A stretch of 64,000 bases of DNA, taken from NCBI RefSeq assembly GCF_009914755.1, contig NC_060938.1; one strand, written 5' to 3'. Below are positions 39,891 to 56,469 of the stretch, piece by piece; positions within the stretch are counted from its first letter, which is position 1; each line of letters starts with the position of its first letter. The position numbers were made by a program, and so were the translations under genes. Below the pieces are notes generated by a model that saw only the letters and a list, made by a program, of their open reading frames with translations, had not been told where the DNA came from and ran no database searches. Source of the DNA: the human T2T-CHM13v2.0 reference genome, Homo sapiens.

Positions 39891-39900
39891 GGGACTTGCC
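39891..39900 (+). promoter_or_regulatory. NF-kB-like site
   Basis: GGGACTTGCC about 190 bp upstream of the TSS; matches my recollection of the HIF1A promoter kB site. Confidence 0.65.
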
Positions 39901-40001
39901 GCCTGCGTCGCTCGCCATTGGATCTCGAGGAACCCGCCTCCACCTCAGGTGAGGCGGGCTTGCGGGAGCGCGCGCCGGCCTGGGCAGGCGAGCGGGCGCG
40001 C

Positions 40002-40023
40002 TCCCGCCCCCTCTCCCCTCCCC
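40002..40023 (-). promoter_or_regulatory. Polypurine/polypyrimidine G-quadruplex (i-motif) and Sp1 tract
   Basis: Minus strand GGGGAGGGGAGAGGGGGCGGGA: four G-runs with short loops. Confidence 0.8.
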
Positions 40024-40079
40024 GCGCGCCCGAGCGCGCCTCCGCCCTTGCCCGCCCCCTGACGCTGCCTCAGCTCCTC

Positions 40080-40371
40080 AGTGCACAGTGCTGCCTCGTC
40101 TGAGGGGACAGGAGGATCACCCTCTTCGTCGCTTCGGCCAGTGTGTCGGGCTGGGCCCTGACAAGCCACCTGAGGAGAGGCTCGGAGCCGGGCCCGGACC
40201 CCGGCGATTGCCGCCCGCTTCTCTCTAGTCTCACGAGGGGTTTCCCGCCTCGCACCCCCACCTCTGGACTTGCCTTTCCTTCTCTTCTCCGCGTGTGGAG
40301 GGAGCCAGCGCTTAGGCCGGAGCGAGCCTGGGGGCCGCCCGCCGTGAAGACATCGCGGGGACCGATTCACC
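40080..40371 (+). other. HIF1A: HIF1A exon 1 5'UTR (TSS approximate)
   Basis: Begins AGTGCACAGTGCTGCCTCG, as I recall the mRNA 5' end; GC-rich, pyrimidine tracts, no upstream ATG found. Confidence 0.8.
40237..40246 (+). promoter_or_regulatory. NF-kB consensus site within the 5'UTR
   Basis: GGGGTTTCCC. Confidence 0.5.
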
Positions 40372-40390
40372 ATGGAGGGCGCCGGCGGCG
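40274..40390 (-). ncRNA. HIF1A-AS1: HIF1A antisense RNA 1, exon 1 (5' end approximate)
   Basis: Overlaps HIF1A exon 1; minus strand ends ...AGAAGGAAAG|GCAAGT, a consensus GC-type donor; identity from recollection of the transcript. Confidence 0.7.
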
Positions 40391-40406
40391 CGAACGACAA
40401 GAAAAA
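40372..40406 (+). CDS. HIF1A: Hypoxia-inducible factor 1-alpha, coding part of exon 1
   Basis: ttcaccATGG Kozak context; ATG GAG GGC GCC GGC GGC GCG AAC GAC AAG AAA AA = MEGAGGANDKK(K), the HIF-1alpha N-terminus; followed by donor GTAAGC at 40407 (phase 2); inside a CpG island. Confidence 0.97.
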
Positions 40407-42417
40407 GTAAGCCCATTCCCTCGGCCCGCCGCCTTCTCCCCCGGCGACCCCGCCCGCCTGCCCGCCCTGGGCTCCTGGGCCGGCCTCGGCGTTAATGGGA
40501 TTGGGGGGGGCAGCCTTTTTGTTTCTGCTGCTGCTCCCCTCCCCTCTCTTCCCCCAACCTCGCCGGCCGGGCTCCCCCGCTGTCCACGTCGCCATCTTGT
40601 CGTGGGGGGTGGGAGACGCCTCGAAAGTGCTTTCAGGGGCCGGGGTCTGAGCCCTGCTTGCCCTCCCCGCCGGCCGTGGGGGCCTCGCGCCGCCCACCTA
40701 CCCGCCTCAAAAACCCAGCCTGCTCTGTGGCCCCATCCGGAGGGGACTTTACCCAGCCTGAAAACCCCGGGAAGAGAAATGAGCTGCAGCTCGGTAGCCG
40801 CGGTTTGCACCCGGAGCTTCCGCTCCTTCCCGCCCCCATCCTCTCCAGTTCCATTGAAAACTCGGCCCTGGGGCGGACCCTGCACGCTGGTCCTGGCTTT
40901 CCAGTGGACTTGGGGCCTTGAGTTCCCGACTGAGGGACTCGCGTGGTCGGATGCGATCTTGTCCTGTAGTTGTCCAGCCGTCGCGGGTGTCTTTGCCTTT
41001 GTGCATTAGGGATTTGCCGCGATGGCCTTAAGATGCGAACTTTTTAGTTTGCACGTGCAGGTTTTGTTTCGTTTTAATCGCCTTGAAAAACTTGCCTAGA
41101 CTGAGAGTCAGAGTAATGGGAATTTAGGGAAATGGCAACATTTTAAAGAGAACTTCAGAATTGGATACTTGAGTTCATATCACCTGTCACGAGAACGCAG
41201 ATATTATAAATGAATATATGCCTCATTCATTCTTCAAATAATGAAAATGTAGGGGCTGGTTAAATTTAGGCAGTTTTAATGATACTGAAAAAAGTATATG
41301 ATGAGTGAATGAAATGCGGCACTAAAATGTTGCAAAAATTTTCGAACTCTGTCTCATTTTCCTGAAATTGAAGTATATTAAAGGAAAACCGTCAACATAT
41401 ATCTAAAGTAAGTAATCACTCGGTTAGAACTTAATGCAAGTTTTATAAATCACCTTGAAGTTTGAGTCTAAGGGGTACATTAGAGATTAAGAATTGTGAG
41501 TTGGACCAGTGGTGTTAAGAGCGGACTCCCCCATCCCCCAACACACACACAATTTTGCCCACTTTGGCATTTTAACTTTTAAGGAAATCACTTAAGGAAT
41601 TGAAGATTTAGAGTAAGAGTTTTGGTTAGTAGACTGGCTTTGCTGTTAAATCCTTCCACTCTTCTGGCAGAGAGATTAATTTCCCTAATCAGTATCAGCA
41701 GAAGATAAACTTGTTTATATTCCTGCTGTTTTGTAGATCCCTTCTCCTGGTCCTTCTTCAATAGAATATTAAATTCTTAGTTTGTATACAGCAGAGAAGG
41801 TCACTTATAAAATTCAAAAAGTGAGCAAACAGGTCTAGATTAATTCCAAGAGTTACCAGGAATTAATTGCAGTTTATTTTGCGGAGGTGATTACAGTGCT
41901 TTTGATGAAATGATAAAGCTGCTATATTGTAAACCTAAGGCAGATTACCTCTGTGTAGTGCCAGTTTTCTATCCTTATTATATATTGAATCATACTTAAT
42001 ACAATGCATTAAATTATGTACCACTTTTTTTATATACAGTATCGAACTCATTGTTTTGCCATTCATCCGTTCAGAATATCAGAAGCAGTTTTGAAATGAA
42101 TTAATAAATTAGCTACTGTTCATCAGCCCCAATTCTAAATAAGCTCTTAGATTTTCCTCAGCCCATCTGTTACTTTCAAAATTTTCTCATTTGAAAACTT
42201 GGCAACCTTGGATTGGATGGATTCATATTTCTTAGTATAGAAGTTCTTGATATAACTGAAAAATTAAGTTAAACACTTAATAAGTGGTGGTTACTCAGCA
42301 CTTTTAGATGCTGTTTATAATAGATGACCTTTTCTAACTAATTTACAGTTTTTTGAAAGATAACTGAGAGGTTGAGGGACGGAGATTTTCTTCAAGCAAT
42401 TTTTTTTTTCATTTTAA

Positions 42418-42521
42418 ATGAGCTCCCAATGTCGGAGTTTGGAAAACAAATTTGTCTTTTTAAAAGAAGGTCTAGGAAACTCAAAACCTGAAGAATTGGA
42501 AGAAATCAGAATAGAAAATGG
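42418..42521 (+). CDS. HIF1A: Alternative first coding exon of HIF1A (isoform with N-terminus MSSQCRSLENKFVFLKEGLGNSKPEELEEIRIENG)
   Basis: Open frame from ATG 42418 to GG|GTATGG donor at 42522; same phase (2) as exon 1, so it can join exon 2 in frame; peptide recognised as a HIF-1alpha alternative N-terminus. Confidence 0.88.
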
Positions 42522-42844
42522 GTATGGTTATGATACTGTAGATTTAACGCAGGACATTTCATGTTGTTCCTAGTTATAGGGGCTGAACTTATTTAATAGC
42601 ACGTGCATTTTGATTTTTAGATTTTTAAGGGAATGTCAAGAGAGTAATGATTCTGTTTCAGGCTTCAGGCCAGACTCCTTCAGAGTTTTCCAAAACAAAT
42701 AATTACTGAATCATTAAAGTAAAATTTCTGAGAATAGATATTCCTTAATTTCCTTCATTAACTTTGGCCATTAAAAGTCAAGAAGCTCTCTCATTTATTA
42801 GCAAACTTTTCTCCTTATGATTCTATTTTGATTGTCCTTTTGTT

Positions 42845-43060
42845 TGAGGAAGCAGCATATGGTGGTTAAGAGCATAGGATCTAGAGGCAGATACCTCTGA
42901 GTTAAGGGTCCCAGCCCTTCACTTGTGAGCTTGAGCAAGTTACTGAATGCCTCTGAGCCTCTTTCCTCCTTTTGAAATGATGATAAGAATAGCAGCCATC
43001 TGAGCAGTTATTGTAAAGGTTAAATGAGATAATGCTTGTGAAGCACTTAGCCCATTGCAG
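42845..43060 (+). mobile_element. MIR
   Basis: gtggttaagagc...ttgagcaagttactgaatgcctctgagcctc...taaatgagataatg. Confidence 0.8.
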
Positions 43061-44699
43061 GAGTCTTGATGACACTGTGTACTTGAAAATAGATGTTACC
43101 TGTTAAAATTCTTGTTTAAACTTCCACAACTCTTAAAACTCTTTTTTGCTAGTCCTTCCAGCTGTTTCCTTTAGTTTCTTTTCTGTGTCTTCATGCATCT
43201 TTTCTATCTCCTGAAAGTGAAAAGACTAACATTGGATCCAGAGCTTGAAAAGCGTTTTTTTCCTGTTACAATGGGCAAAAGAGTACATCCTTGGGTTATA
43301 TTGGCACCTAGTATCAGTTATTTTTCTTGAGCATCTGATCTGCTCTCTACTCTAGTGGAGGCCTCCTGCTTCACAATTGCTCACCCCTGTGTTTTCTCCC
43401 CAAATAGAATACTGAGTTTACTCTGGACTCTAGAGTCAAACATACACAGTATTCTAGTCTTACTGTTCATTTAAGCAAGATATGTGCAAGACACTGCATT
43501 CTTAGTACTGGCAGTAAGTTAAAACATTTTTCGTCTTGATGCCAAAGTTTAGACAATTTTATAAAAATTAACCTTTGTAAAAGATAATGAGTTGATAAAA
43601 TATTCTCAGTAAAGCAGCTACGTGGTAGAAAAACTGTCCTTTGCTTATGAGTTTCTCCAGAGTTAAGACCATTGGGTTCCATCTGAAGGCAAGACTTCAA
43701 GCTTGTCTTACTGGTCTGTTTTGTGGCTCAATTTGTATGAAGTCTATGCACTCTTCCACACGTGTGTATTTACTGAACTATCGAGTTATTTTAGACTGAG
43801 AAAGTATTGGAGTTCATTCCTACGGTCCACTGCAGAGCACCTTGTGCAGTTTGGAGAATGTCAACTTTTCTACCTGTTAACTTCCATTGTCTTTACTTTT
43901 AACGCCATTGTCTGTGACTCTAATGGTGTCACGGCTCAGGGTTTAGATTTTGTGGTTACATTCTATTCTTGTATGTCAAGAGTGGTGTATAGAAAGCTGA
44001 GGGGGATTATTTAGTCTCTTGACTGATTTTTTTTTTTTTCTGAAGAACTCAGTTTATTATGTTTGGTGGTGAAATAAAAATTGATGTGCATGGATGTTAA
44101 AGATTTGGGTTAAATTGTGTGTTCATAGATGCCTTCTCTTAGTATATAATTTTTTAAATTTAGATACTTAAAATACTGTATCCCTTTATCTAAGATTAAC
44201 ATAAGTCTGTTTCTTAACCAGGATAAAAAAATCTAAATTTAAATGTGATGTTGGATGAGTTTCCAATCAAGAAATTGATTTTTTAAACTTTGTGACTAGT
44301 TATCCAGTGGGTGGATTTTACCCAGTGTGTGTATGTGTTTTCTGCTTAACTCTGGAAGGTTAGAAAGAGAATTTGAAACTAAGACAAGCCAAGCTTCTTG
44401 TTGCTCAGTATTTTTGGTAAAAATATGGTCAGATTGTTTAAATTAACTATAGGCTTTGGAATTTTAAAAATAATTATATCTCTTGGTCTCTTGACACATC
44501 AAGAATTAACTGTTTTGTATATGCGTTGAGTATTAATGTTCATGTTTTCTGCAGTAGAAATTTATAAACCCTTATTTATTTGCCAGACATGATCCCTTTA
44601 GAGAAATCTAGTATCTAAAACCTGAATTTTTAAAACAAAATTTAAAATTTTTGTTTCATAAAAACAAAAATGTGATTACCTCATGGCTTTTTTCTTATA

Positions 44700-45365
44700 G
44701 CTTTTGATTGTTTTTTAAAATCGTAGTTCAAAAACATTAACCTAAAATTTACCATCTTAACCATTTCTAAGTACTGTTCAGTAGTGTTAAGTATATTCAC
44801 ATTGTGCCACTAACTTCCAGAACTTTTTCATCTTGCAAAGCTGAAATCTTACCCATTAAACAACTCCCAATTTCCCCCTCTCCTCAGCCTCTGGCAACCA
44901 CCATTTTACTTTCTGTTTCTGCAAATTTAACTACTCTAGATGCCTCATATAAATAGAATTATAGGGTTTTAATATTTTTGTGATGGGCTTATTTCACTTT
45001 GTGTAATGTCCTCAAGGTTCATCCATGTTGTAGCATGTGTCAGAATTTCCTTCCTTTTTGAGTCTGAGCAATATTCCATTATATGTTCCATATTTTGTTT
45101 CTCCATTCATCCAGCAACGGACACTTGGGTTGCTTCCACATCTTGGTTATTGTGCTGCTCTGAACATGAGTCTGCAAATCTCTCTTTGAAGCTTTCACTT
45201 TTTTTGGATACATATCCAGAAGAGGGATGCTGGATCATATGGTAACCCTTTTTAATTTTCAAGGAACCACCATATTGTTTTCTATAGCAGTTGCACCAGT
45301 TTACATTCCCACCAACAGTGCACAAGGGTTCCTATTTCTCCACATCCTTCTAAACACTTGTTTTC
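44700..45365 (-). mobile_element. L1MB-like 3' fragment
   Basis: aaatttaccatcttaaccattt, aggttcatccatgttgtagcatg. Confidence 0.85.
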
Positions 45366-46213
45366 TTTCTTTCCTTCCTTCTCTTCTCTTTCTCTCTTAG
45401 CCATCTAATGTGGCAAAGTGGTAGCCATCTAATATGTTGAAGTGATTGTTTTTAAGGGCTTGTTTGTGGATAATTAACCAGCTGAAAGCTAACTACAGTT
45501 TGCCAGTGGAAGCTTTAACTGAAAGGAGAGTAAGTACCTCTAAAAGGAGAATTCAATTTTTCTAGTGACTTAGATTTGTTATGCCAGTACTTTTTCACAG
45601 AAACACTTTTTGGGTAAAATAGTGTACACCTGTTCTATTGTTGATAAAGCCCAATTTAATTAGGAAATTTGTTCTCTAAGATTTAAAACAATAATTGAAA
45701 TAATGTATTTTTATTAAAAACTGTTCCCAAGATGTTAGCTTTTAGCTGTTCTGGTGATCTCAACTGTTATTTATGAGTGTTTCTTTATTTTAAAATTTCA
45801 CCTTAACCGGTTACAGTTTTAACCATAAAGATTATTTCAACATATGATTTTGAAAATTTATTATCTTGTAAATGGGAAAATGTAGTGATGGAACATAGTT
45901 TACTGTATGTAGTTCTTCACTTGTTTGAAAAGTCACAATATATTTAGGCAAATTAATTTAAAAGTGTCTAGTATTTAATATTGCAATTTTCACTCATTAA
46001 GGACAGGTCCCCCGTGTTTCCCCCTTTTTTTTTTCCAAGTAGTTTGGGAGGATTTGTTTTTCCAGCTGAAAAATACTATGGTTAAAAATAAGGTTTAAAG
46101 GCGAAAGTTGAAGTCTTTGAGGGTTGGGATACGTTTCTGTTCTTAAGAGTCTTGTAAATTCAGATGCTAAGCAAATTTCTTTAAAATGATTTCTACCCTC
46201 CCCCTTTCCATTA

Positions 46214-47038
<825 letters not shown>

Positions 47039-47894
47039 TTAATTCTTTAGTTCCCTGTCTGAGATTCACTGGTAAGAAGAAAGTTAAAGAATCTCCTTTG
47101 ACTTTTTTTGATATAGATATTTAAATTCTATTACTTTATAGTAAGGTTGGGGTTTATTTTCTTTGCTTTATAATAGAAGAGCATTGATTATTCTCTTTGC
47201 TTTATAATAGAATACCATTTAAATAGGAGTTCCCTGAGTGTGTTTACAATCATTTGATCTGGCTAAACTATTTTAATGTTAATGAAATTTTAAAATTTTG
47301 GAGGAAAAAATTTAAAAACTACACAGGTGCACAAAGAAATAAAAATCACCTGCTTTTTCACTATGTAGAGACCATTGTCTACTATTTCTCAATTCTGTGT
47401 TACATCTGTATGTTAATAACTGTAGGATTAGGGACTGAGTACTGTTTTTAACCTGCTTTTAAAAAATTTACATCTACATTTTTTCCCATCTAAATAGTGA
47501 GGAAGAGTATCAGAATTTTGTAGGCTTGTGGTGATGGTTAAATTAGATAATATTAATGTTGGGTACTTAACATAATATATGGCTCTTAATACTCTCCAGA
47601 TTTCAGATATAGTCTGTTTTACCATTACTGCCTTTTTATCAAACCTATTCTCAAAAAAGTGAGAAAAGTGCTGAGATTACAGGCGTGAGCCACCATGCCC
47701 GGCCTCATGGTTCTTTCTTAATAATAAATTAGAAGAAGTAGAATTACAGGGTCAAAAAGTATCCATTTTAAAGCTTTCAATGTAATTGCCTGTTTATCTT
47801 CTAGAAAGTTTGACCTAGTTGTATTTTAGAGTGTCATTTTCTTGAACTTTATCATCATTAAAGTTTTAAATTTGGAACACTGGCAATTTGATAA

Positions 47895-48330
47895 GTATAT
47901 TAGGATTCTTCTTATTGCAAGTAGCAAAATACAACTCAATCTAGTTTAAGAGGGGAAAATGTAGTCATTGGCTAACACAATCTAATTTTGGTTTAAGAGA
48001 CAAATCTAGAGTCTCAAATGATCTCAGAGTGTAATAATCCCTGACTTTTGTCTTGATATTACTTGGCTTGTATACCTTTGCTCTATTTGCATGCTGGCCT
48101 TACTCTGCCACTGACAGGCTGTCTGTATGGTGTGGAAGAGGACGGCTAGCATCCCCATACCTGCATCCATACAGTTTGTAATATAAAAAAAAAAAAAGTA
48201 AAAAAAACTCCCTCTCTCTTCTAGTGTCTATATATCAGTTTCCTAGAAGAAAACGTTTTGCCCTACTTGGCCATGTGAATGGAGTTCCCTGATTACATGA
48301 GTCAAATATGTCTTATTGTAGCATATTTGA
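47895..48330. mobile_element. Ancient LTR fragment (LTR33-like)
   Basis: ttgcaagtagcaaaatacaactcaatctagtttaag terminus motif. Confidence 0.4.
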
Positions 48331-51300
48331 TGGTCTTCTTGTAGAATATTATCTTACTATACACAGAACTCTTGACCAGTGCTACCATTGTAATTAATGG
48401 GCCATGAGTTTTTGTTGCAAGTCATTTGAATTCATATTCTATAGTTTTCTACCAAGTGTAGTCATTCTGCAAGCTGTTCTTGTCATGACTTTTGGGAAGT
48501 TGAGTATTTCTTCTATGGGTTAGGGTTTTCATCTCAAGAAAAAGATGATCCTTTTCTCTACTAAATATGTGTTAAGATCACACATTTTTCTAGATCGTTT
48601 AGCTCTACTGTGTGATCTTACACAAATTGCTTTATTGGGATGATAAGAATAATTGCCTTATAGGATTGTTATGAGAATGAAATGATACATCAACTCATAT
48701 GAAACACTCAGAACAGCTCTTGGCACAAAGTAAGGGCTTAATTAAGTAGAAACTATCCATATATTCATAATATTATAGTATTGGTTAAGTTGTTTTCAAC
48801 ATTGTTTAGAATCGCTCAAGCCTTCTTTGTGATAATCTGACGAAGGCTATTCACCACCAGTGAGTAAATAATAGTGGCAGAATAGTTACTGATGCTTTTC
48901 CTTTACTTGGTTTTTTTTCCATAAACATCTGGCCTTTGCAGACTAAATACTGGTTTATGTATAGACATGTTATTCTAAAATAATTTTCCATAGTGGTAAT
49001 ACTAAAGGAAGAAAAATGTTCTCAAAGCTATTTATTTGGGATGTTAAAGGAGGGGGAAATTAAGAAAGCCTACATTTCCATGTCCTTTGTGTCCAGAATC
49101 TCATTAAATGTCTTTTAACTTGTTAGCAGAGGAAAGTTGGATATTGCCTGCCTTTGTAGCTAACATAGTTAAAATATTTAAATGGTTATAGTGTCAAACC
49201 AGTAGTCAAAGCCTTCACTGTGAATGGATGAAGGGATATTTTCTTGAATAATTTAAGTTGACTTATTTCAGTGGTTCAAAACATTTCTTCAACGCTTAAC
49301 CATGACTCAGGCACCTAACTATTATACTATGTCCTGTAACAGATTGTTGTGCATTCATTTATTCAACAGGTATTTGTGCAGCTAATTTATTGAGTACAGC
49401 ATTGAATCGTTGATGGCTTAGGCCACAGTTGAACATTCCATTTTTTATGTTCATTCATTCATTCATAGCATATTCCATTTTTAAATTTTCAGTTCATTGC
49501 ACTTTAAAGTTTGAGGTTCTTGCGAAGTACAGACTTTTGGGTTTAAGTTTTGTTATTTAATGTCAACCACCACAGGCGCATTGGCCAGTCTGCTTTTAGA
49601 ATTTTCAGACATACATACACAAAACATTCTCACAAGACAATCTACTTATTTTCTTTTTTATTCCTGTGTTTCTTAACACAGGATTAATGTTCAGATCTCT
49701 TTTGGAGCAAAATAATCCTCTGAATTTTTGAGATGTACCCAGTGACCTCAGTCTGAGTATGTATACTGCATTAAAAAATGTAACCTTGTTCCTTTTAGTG
49801 GTCATTTGGTAACAGTTTGATCATAAACAAATGCAGCCTCAAACACAGAAGGCTTGAGGCAAGTATACAGAACTATGGAGAGATCATTTAGATGATGTAG
49901 AATATGCCTTTTCTTTTTTTACAATGCCACCAAAATGAAAACACGGTTTTAAAAATTCTCATAGAGTGTAACTTCAACACTGCTTTAACTCTATTAAACA
50001 AAGCACTGCCATGTTGTAATTCCTATTTATTACTCTCTGGAGTTGTATAAATTACCAAATCCGCCTTTTGTTTGATATCCTTTTCAAATATCTGAGGGTA
50101 GCTATCATGTTTCTTCCTTCTATTCTTAAAAAATAGTCCCAAATTTCTTGAATCTTTTAATTTAAAAATTATATATTGAGCATCTGATTTGTGGAAAGGC
50201 ATAGGCCATATTAAAAATGGGGCTTCATATTAAAATGGGGAAAAGGGTGGAGATTCTCAGGTGGAATCTGAGATCTGCCACACACTAATAGTGTTACCTA
50301 ACCCTTTTTAAAGACAAAGAAACAGGATCAGAAGGTCACTTTGGAAAATTTATTTGGTAATATTGGATAGGATGGATTAGTATAGTTGGAAAACAGAGAC
50401 TCTTGCTTTAGGAGAGCTGCTCCTTTGTCATTTCCAGAATCTTAATCATGGTCAAGGTTTAGAGCTAAATATTTAATAGAAGAAGTCTTTAGGGTATGCT
50501 TTCTATTGTACACCCTTATTTCAATACATGTGTTTTTTCCTGTTATGTAAGTACTTTATTATTATTTATGCATCTTCTATTAAAGTTAAGCAAATAATTA
50601 TTTCAAGGACACATTCTTCTACATACACACAAAGTTTAGGGTCACTGACCTTCTTAGGTTCTAGTCTTAGATCTGTTACCATCTAAGAGCATATAAATAA
50701 GGGAAACAGAAAGAAAAGGATTTACAAGCTGAGAAGGAAGCAATGCAGAGAAAGAAGAGTGATAGAGTAGGTAATTTGGGGAAAGTCAGTGATACACAGC
50801 TCTTAACCATGAACAGTGATTCTTCACTCTTGAATGTTTGTGACATTCATGAAGGTATTAAAAGCTGACTTTTAAAAAATTGTTTCAGAGAACTGGAAAA
50901 AAATTCAGTTGCCACATTCTTCCTTAGGTCATCTTTGAACTCTACTCATGCACTTACGTGTTTAAGGCAAAGTTTTACTAAACGCACACTTGTTCTTGCT
51001 GGCTTATTGACTTTTACTGCTAGCTTCTTATTCTTAGCAATTATACCTCACATTACATAGTATTGTGAAACTCACTATATTCAGTGTTTTGCCTGACAAA
51101 CATGGTATGTTATAGGATGTGTATTCAGTTATAGCTAAAAATAAATTATTCTCGTTTTTCAAAATTTGCTGGCCTACCTGTTAAGCTTTTGCTTTAAGAC
51201 CTGCTAATGTTTCTCAAACTTCTGTGGTTAAATCACCTGAGTGTCTAGTTGCTCTATGGATTCCCAGGGACCCATTCGCCAGAGATTCTGATTTGGTAAT

Positions 51301-51882
51301 TTTGGGATGGAACTCAGGGATCTGTAAATTTTACAAGCACTCAGAAATGAAACATAGACTTTAAACAGCTAAGAGTGCTCATCAGGATTATGTTGATATT
51401 ATTTTTTAAACAGATGTGCCAAGCCTTTAATTTGAATTTCCAGGGTTGGGATTTGGCCTTCTATATTTGGGGGAAAAAAGTTCTATTGATGATTGTGGAT
51501 ATATACCACAGGTCAACCATTGAATAGTCTAGTCAGTGTAGTTAGTGTATTTTATAATTACTAAGTTCTAAGTATGTGGTGTATTAATGTCTTAGGAGGT
51601 GGATATATTTCCTGTATTTGTAAAGCATTTGGGTAGGTTTTTTAAAGAGAAAAGTATGTAACAAACTAGTTTTGAGCGTTGCTCTTTTACTTCTTTGGGC
51701 ATTTTTGAAGAACACGTTAAGTATCTTCTTAGAGCAGAGGGGCTCAGAGTGGTCCCCAGATTATCATCATTGGTAACACCTAGTTGGTGCATTACTAACT
51801 TGTTAGAAATGCACATTCTCAGGCGCCATTCAGACTTCATAAATCAGAAACTCTGGAAGTAAGGCTCAGCATTCTGTGTTTT

Positions 51883-53354
<1,472 letters not shown>

Positions 53355-53477
53355 AGCATTCTGTGTTTTGAGAATTCTTCCAGGGGACTGTGATGAAAAC
53401 TGACGTTTGAGAACCTTCATCTTAGAGTAAAAACTTTACATACACATTTTTGTTGTTTTATTTATCTAGCACAATAC

Positions 53478-53769
<292 letters not shown>

Positions 53770-55352
53770 ACAATACCTTATATATAATCAGGGCTCAAAG
53801 ATTTGTTGAGAGGCTCAACACCAATTCTGGACCAGGAAAGATTTTATTTATATCACTAGTCAGGAATAATCTAAAAACAAAAAGCACATTCTTCTTACAA
53901 GTAATATTTCAATACACATTAATGTAAACACATGGAAAAGTATTAGCTACTTAATAAATTAACATGTAAATGAAAAATTTACACATTATGGCTATTTCAG
54001 ATGTGATATAGATTTCATTTTCAGAAGGAACCCTCCAATGTAAAACAGTGATTCTTTTCCCCGTTTATTTTACTGTATTAGAAAATCACATTTAAAGTAA
54101 GCATTTTGGTGAGGTTTGGAAGGTGAATAAATCCATCTTTTCTTTAATTATGGATATTTAAGAGAGATGTTGTTGTGCCGTTTAGATAATAATGATCTAA
54201 ACCAAGAAATTTAGTTGCTTTCAAAAATAAAATAAGTGTATGCATTCTGAACATTTTTCTTTAGAAACAAACCATTTCATCTGTTTTTTTGAATTTCAAA
54301 TTAATTATACAGAATTTTCAAAATTTGAAAATTAGGTTAGCATGAGAAACTGAAGATACTGAATTATATTGCCTGTTCAGTCTATACTTTTCTTTAGGAT
54401 ATACAGTAGGAAAGAAATATGATAGTTCAAGTTAGATTACTACTTCTTTCAGAGTTTTTTGACAAATGCAGGTACAGTGATAGTGTCAGTTCATGGTGAA
54501 TTTTTGTTAAAATAAATTACAAAAAATTTGTGATCCTGGTATCTTGAAACTAGTTAATATTTGTAAACTTTGCTAACACTGTATATCACTGTATTCTGGT
54601 TTTATCTGTGCATCTATGAGTTATATGTGTGTATAGCTACATATGTTTATATTTATACACATACATTACACACAGGAGTGGAATCATACTCAATTTTTTT
54701 TGTATAGCCTGCTCTGTTCATATAATACTATATTGTAGCATCTAGTGTAAGCAAAGATTAATTTTTGTAGACTTTGCTTTTATCCTGAAATTTTGTGGTA
54801 GCTGGTTTAATGGAAAGACAATTTCTGTGACGTGTTTTGTCAGTTAGGGATTGACCCTGGTAAAATATTGCTGGATAACAACAAGCAATGTAAAAATACA
54901 TTTGTTCCATAAGATAACCTCCGTGAAGGTAGAGACTTGGTCTGTTTTGTTTATTGCACCGTGTCCTGTTCTGGGAAGAGTGTTAGACTCATAGAAGATG
55001 ATCAAGAAATATTTTTTGAATACATCAATAACATTCTCTAACATGTGGGTATCCTAAAGGTTTATTTTTAAAGTTTATTGATTAGAATTCAGAAGATATT
55101 TTCCCAGATAAAATAATAGATTGCTAGCTGTCTTGAAAATGTAATTTATATTTAATTTGAAATGTCAGGTTTTTGCTATTTTTTCCATTAAGTAGAGATA
55201 GGGTTTTTAAAAATTACATGTGATGTTTTAAGTATTCTGGTTTTGCAACAATTACTAGATAGAAAATGTAACAACAGATCCTATTAATAATACTTCCAAT
55301 AATACATATAAAATACTTGTCTAAAAGTAACCCTCCTTAAAAAAACAAAGCT

Positions 55353-55937
<585 letters not shown>

Positions 55938-56469
55938 TAGTAATTTGATTGGTTAAGAACATTAACTATAACTCACACATTTTCCTGACCACATTTGCTT
56001 AGGACAAAACAGTAAAAGACATGAGTGTAGATGAAAGCGATAAGGGAACTAATCTTAAACACTGAACCTCTTTTCAGCAAATTGGCTTTCTAGTTTCTCA
56101 GCTCTCTCTTTACACCTCTAAATCTCTTTCCTGGCAAGATCATTTATTTGCCTTGGTTTATGGTGATACTCTTCATTGTTATACTGGTGGGTGATTGTTT
56201 TAATTGATAGCTGTTTTTTTCTACTTCAGGAAGATGACACTGCTGGCTCTGCTGGCTCTGATGTTTACCTTGTGGCTAATGCCTGTGTTTGCCTGTGTTC
56301 ACATTTATTCCACGATTCATTTGTTAACATTTACTAAGCTGCTTTTCTGTGCCAGGAACTTGGCTAGATAAATAAATGGTTGTTTTTGTACACAGAATTA
56401 GCTGTCATAATCAGTTACTGTAGCATTTATTCTTGCAAAAATATATATTTATACTTCAACTAGTGATCG

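Larger units (their letters stand above)
39690..41030. promoter_or_regulatory. CpG island / TATA-less HIF1A promoter
   Basis: Abrupt rise in GC and CpG density against AT-rich flanks; several GC boxes; spans exon 1. Confidence 0.95.

Noticed and set aside
40345-40371. N-terminal extension of HIF-1alpha from a near-cognate codon
   Set aside because: In-frame TGA at 40345-40347 closes the frame nine codons upstream.
39945-40697. 250-aa and other minus-strand ORFs in the CpG island
   Set aside because: Low-complexity G/P/R/A composition with no recognisable domain; only the spliced internal ATG is kept as a lead.
40143-41009. 288-aa plus-strand ORF over exon 1
   Set aside because: GTG start, out of frame with HIF1A, reads through the donor; stop scarcity is explained by CpG-island GC content.
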